From an archaeon (GTDB lineage: Archaea > Nanobdellota > Nanobdellia > Pacearchaeales > GW2011-AR1): DNA of 64,000 bases. The translations under genes and the position numbers were made by a program. The DNA is taken from assembly GCA_030636025.1 (NCBI GenBank), contig DAOVXQ010000003.1, positions 32,481 through 96,480 of the forward strand. Direction: 5' to 3'. Of the stretch, positions 62,582 to 64,000 are shown in pieces. Under the pieces are notes generated by a model. It had not been told where the DNA came from. It made no database searches and was given only the letters and a program-made list of their open reading frames with translations. Each line of letters opens with the position of its first letter. The stretch's first letter is position 1.

Positions 62582-64000
62582 TCACTCCATCCCCGGATAA
62601 CCCATTCCATTTCCAACAGGACTTTTGTTTCCCTTAGAAGCCAAAACATCATCAATTCTTAAAATCATTATTGCAACCTCTGTTGCCGACGAAATCGCCT
62701 GCGACTTTATTTTAACTGGTTCAATAATCCCCTCGTGCAGGGCATCTTCAATACGATTATTGAAGATATTAATCCCTGCGTATTTTTCCCCAGAGTCATG
62801 TCTTGATTTTAATTCAGTAAGAACATCAATCGGGTCTAAACCTGCATTTTCTGCAAGAGTTAAAGGAATAAATTCCAATGCATTTGCAAATTCTTGAACA
62901 GCCAACTGCTCCCTGCCAGAAAGAGAATTAGCAAATTCCCTTAACATTTTAGACAACTCCATTTCAATAGCCCCTGCTCCTGCAACTATTTTTTTAGTTT
63001 TAATCACAGAAACAACATCACCCAACCCATCTTTCAAAGCCCGCTCCATTTCATCCATAACATGCTCGCTCCCGCCATGAATTAAAATAGTCAAAGTTTT
63101 AGGATTCTCACAACCCCGAACATAAGTCATTGATTCATCTCCCTGTTTAACTTCTTCAACAACCTGTGCCTTGCCCAACTCACCTTCAGAAAGTTCATTC
63201 AAGTTACTTACAATCCTCCCACCAGTTGCACGAGCCAAACCTTCCATATCAGATTTAGCAACCCGCCTGCACGCATAAATTCCTTTCTTCGCCAAATAAT
63301 ACTGCACAACATCTGCAATTCCCTTCTGACAAAAAATTACATTCGCCCCGGAAAACTTTATCTTTTCAACAATCTGTTTCAACAATCTCTCTTCCCTATT
63401 AACAAAATCCTGCAACTGCTCTGGAGCAGTAATCGAAATCTTAGCATCTCCTTCAGGATTTTTCAACTCCAACGCATCTGAAACCAACGCAATCTTCGCC
63501 TCATCAATCTTCAAAGGCATATCCATCGAAACCCGCCCCTTATCAATAATAATCCCCTTAATCAACTCAGTGTCCTCAATCCCATAACTTTTATTCTTAA
63601 CAATCTTAATATTCTCCAAATCAATTTCCTTTTCATCAATTTGTCTAATCGCTTCAACAATAATATTTGCAAATTTCTCTTTAACTGCCTCTGCCCCCTT
63701 CCCTGTCATCGCCGTCATTGCAATAAATTTCAAAACATCACCCTGCTCGTCCACACTAACAGACAATTCCTCTAAAAATCTTTTTGTTTTATTTGAAGCT
63801 AAATTATAACCCTTAGTTATAACTGTCGGATGTATTTTCATGTCTAATAATTTTTCTGCATTTTCTAATAATTTCCCAGCCAGCATAACTGCAGTCGTAG
63901 TTCCGTCGCCAACTTCTTTCTCTTGTGTCTTTGCAATCTCAACCATCATCTTCGCTGCAGGATGTTCAAGTTCCATTTGCTCCAAAATCGTAACCCCGTC
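62582..64000 (-). CDS. ths: Thermosome subunit (group II chaperonin), N-terminus beyond the window edge
   Basis: ...[13 protein letters not shown]..., [11 protein letters not shown], and the C-terminal GMGYPGME tail. Confidence 0.9.
   Translation of the reverse strand, partial: DGVTILEQMELEHPAAKMMVEIAKTQEKEVGDGTTTAVMLAGKLLENAEKLLDMKIHPTVITKGYNLASNKTKRFLEELSVSVDEQGDVLKFIAMTAMTGKGAEAVKEKFANIIVEAIRQIDEKEIDLENIKIVKNKSYGIEDTELIKGIIIDKGRVSMDMPLKIDEAKIALVSDALELKNPEGDAKISITAPEQLQDFVNREERLLKQIVEKIKFSGANVIFCQKGIADVVQYYLAKKGIYACRRVAKSDMEGLARATGGRIVSNLNELSEGELGKAQVVEEVKQGDESMTYVRGCENPKTLTILIHGGSEHVMDEMERALKDGLGDVVSVIKTKKIVAGAGAIEMELSKMLREFANSLSGREQLAVQEFANALEFIPLTLAENAGLDPIDVLTELKSRHDSGEKYAGINIFNNRIEDALHEGIIEPVKIKSQAISSATEVAIMILRIDDVLASKGNKSPVGNGMGYPGME

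Overview
This is a gene-dense, AT-rich (roughly 30% GC by eye) archaeal fragment, and its content fits a small-genome DPANN-type archaeon. All calls come from reading the sequence and ORF track and from remembered family motifs; no searches were run.

Housekeeping genes recognised:
- Chromosome, nucleic-acid and nucleotide functions: SMC-like ATPase, RNase HII, dUTPase, PRPP synthetase.
- Translation: TyrRS, ribosomal proteins uL16 (L10e) and eL33 (L35Ae).
- Metabolism: acetyl-CoA synthetase, a 2-oxoacid:ferredoxin oxidoreductase pair followed by a minimal [FeFe]-hydrogenase-like protein, PEP synthase, rubrerythrin.
- Protein folding: thermosome (truncated by the window edge).
- tRNAs: iMet(CAT), Ser(GCT), Val(TAC), Gly(GCC).

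Accessory content is heavy:
- At least five toxin-antitoxin-like pairs.
- One intact IS4/IS5-type insertion sequence with 14-bp terminal inverted repeats and a 9-bp target duplication.
- A transposase remnant.

Most interesting signals:
1. The tRNA-Ser and tRNA-Val genes each sit in an array of reiterated tRNA-half fragments that all break at the anticodon loop. The fragments delimit short one-gene cassettes. Some carry insertions that the functional tRNA lacks.
2. A 2.5-kb island is bracketed by a perfect 68-bp direct repeat. It carries a three-gene operon (2-TM protein, split HEPN, HNH-like) and structured G-rich flanks.
3. A dispersed intergenic repeat family has 6 copies, all in + orientation. 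Each copy has a TATA-like box followed by a hairpin with compensatory substitutions, and several copies sit at cassette boundaries.
4. An SMC-type ATPase has a central CxxC where the hinge should be.
5. A membrane-protein gene is interrupted by a single in-frame TAG.

No integrase, CRISPR array or rRNA was seen.
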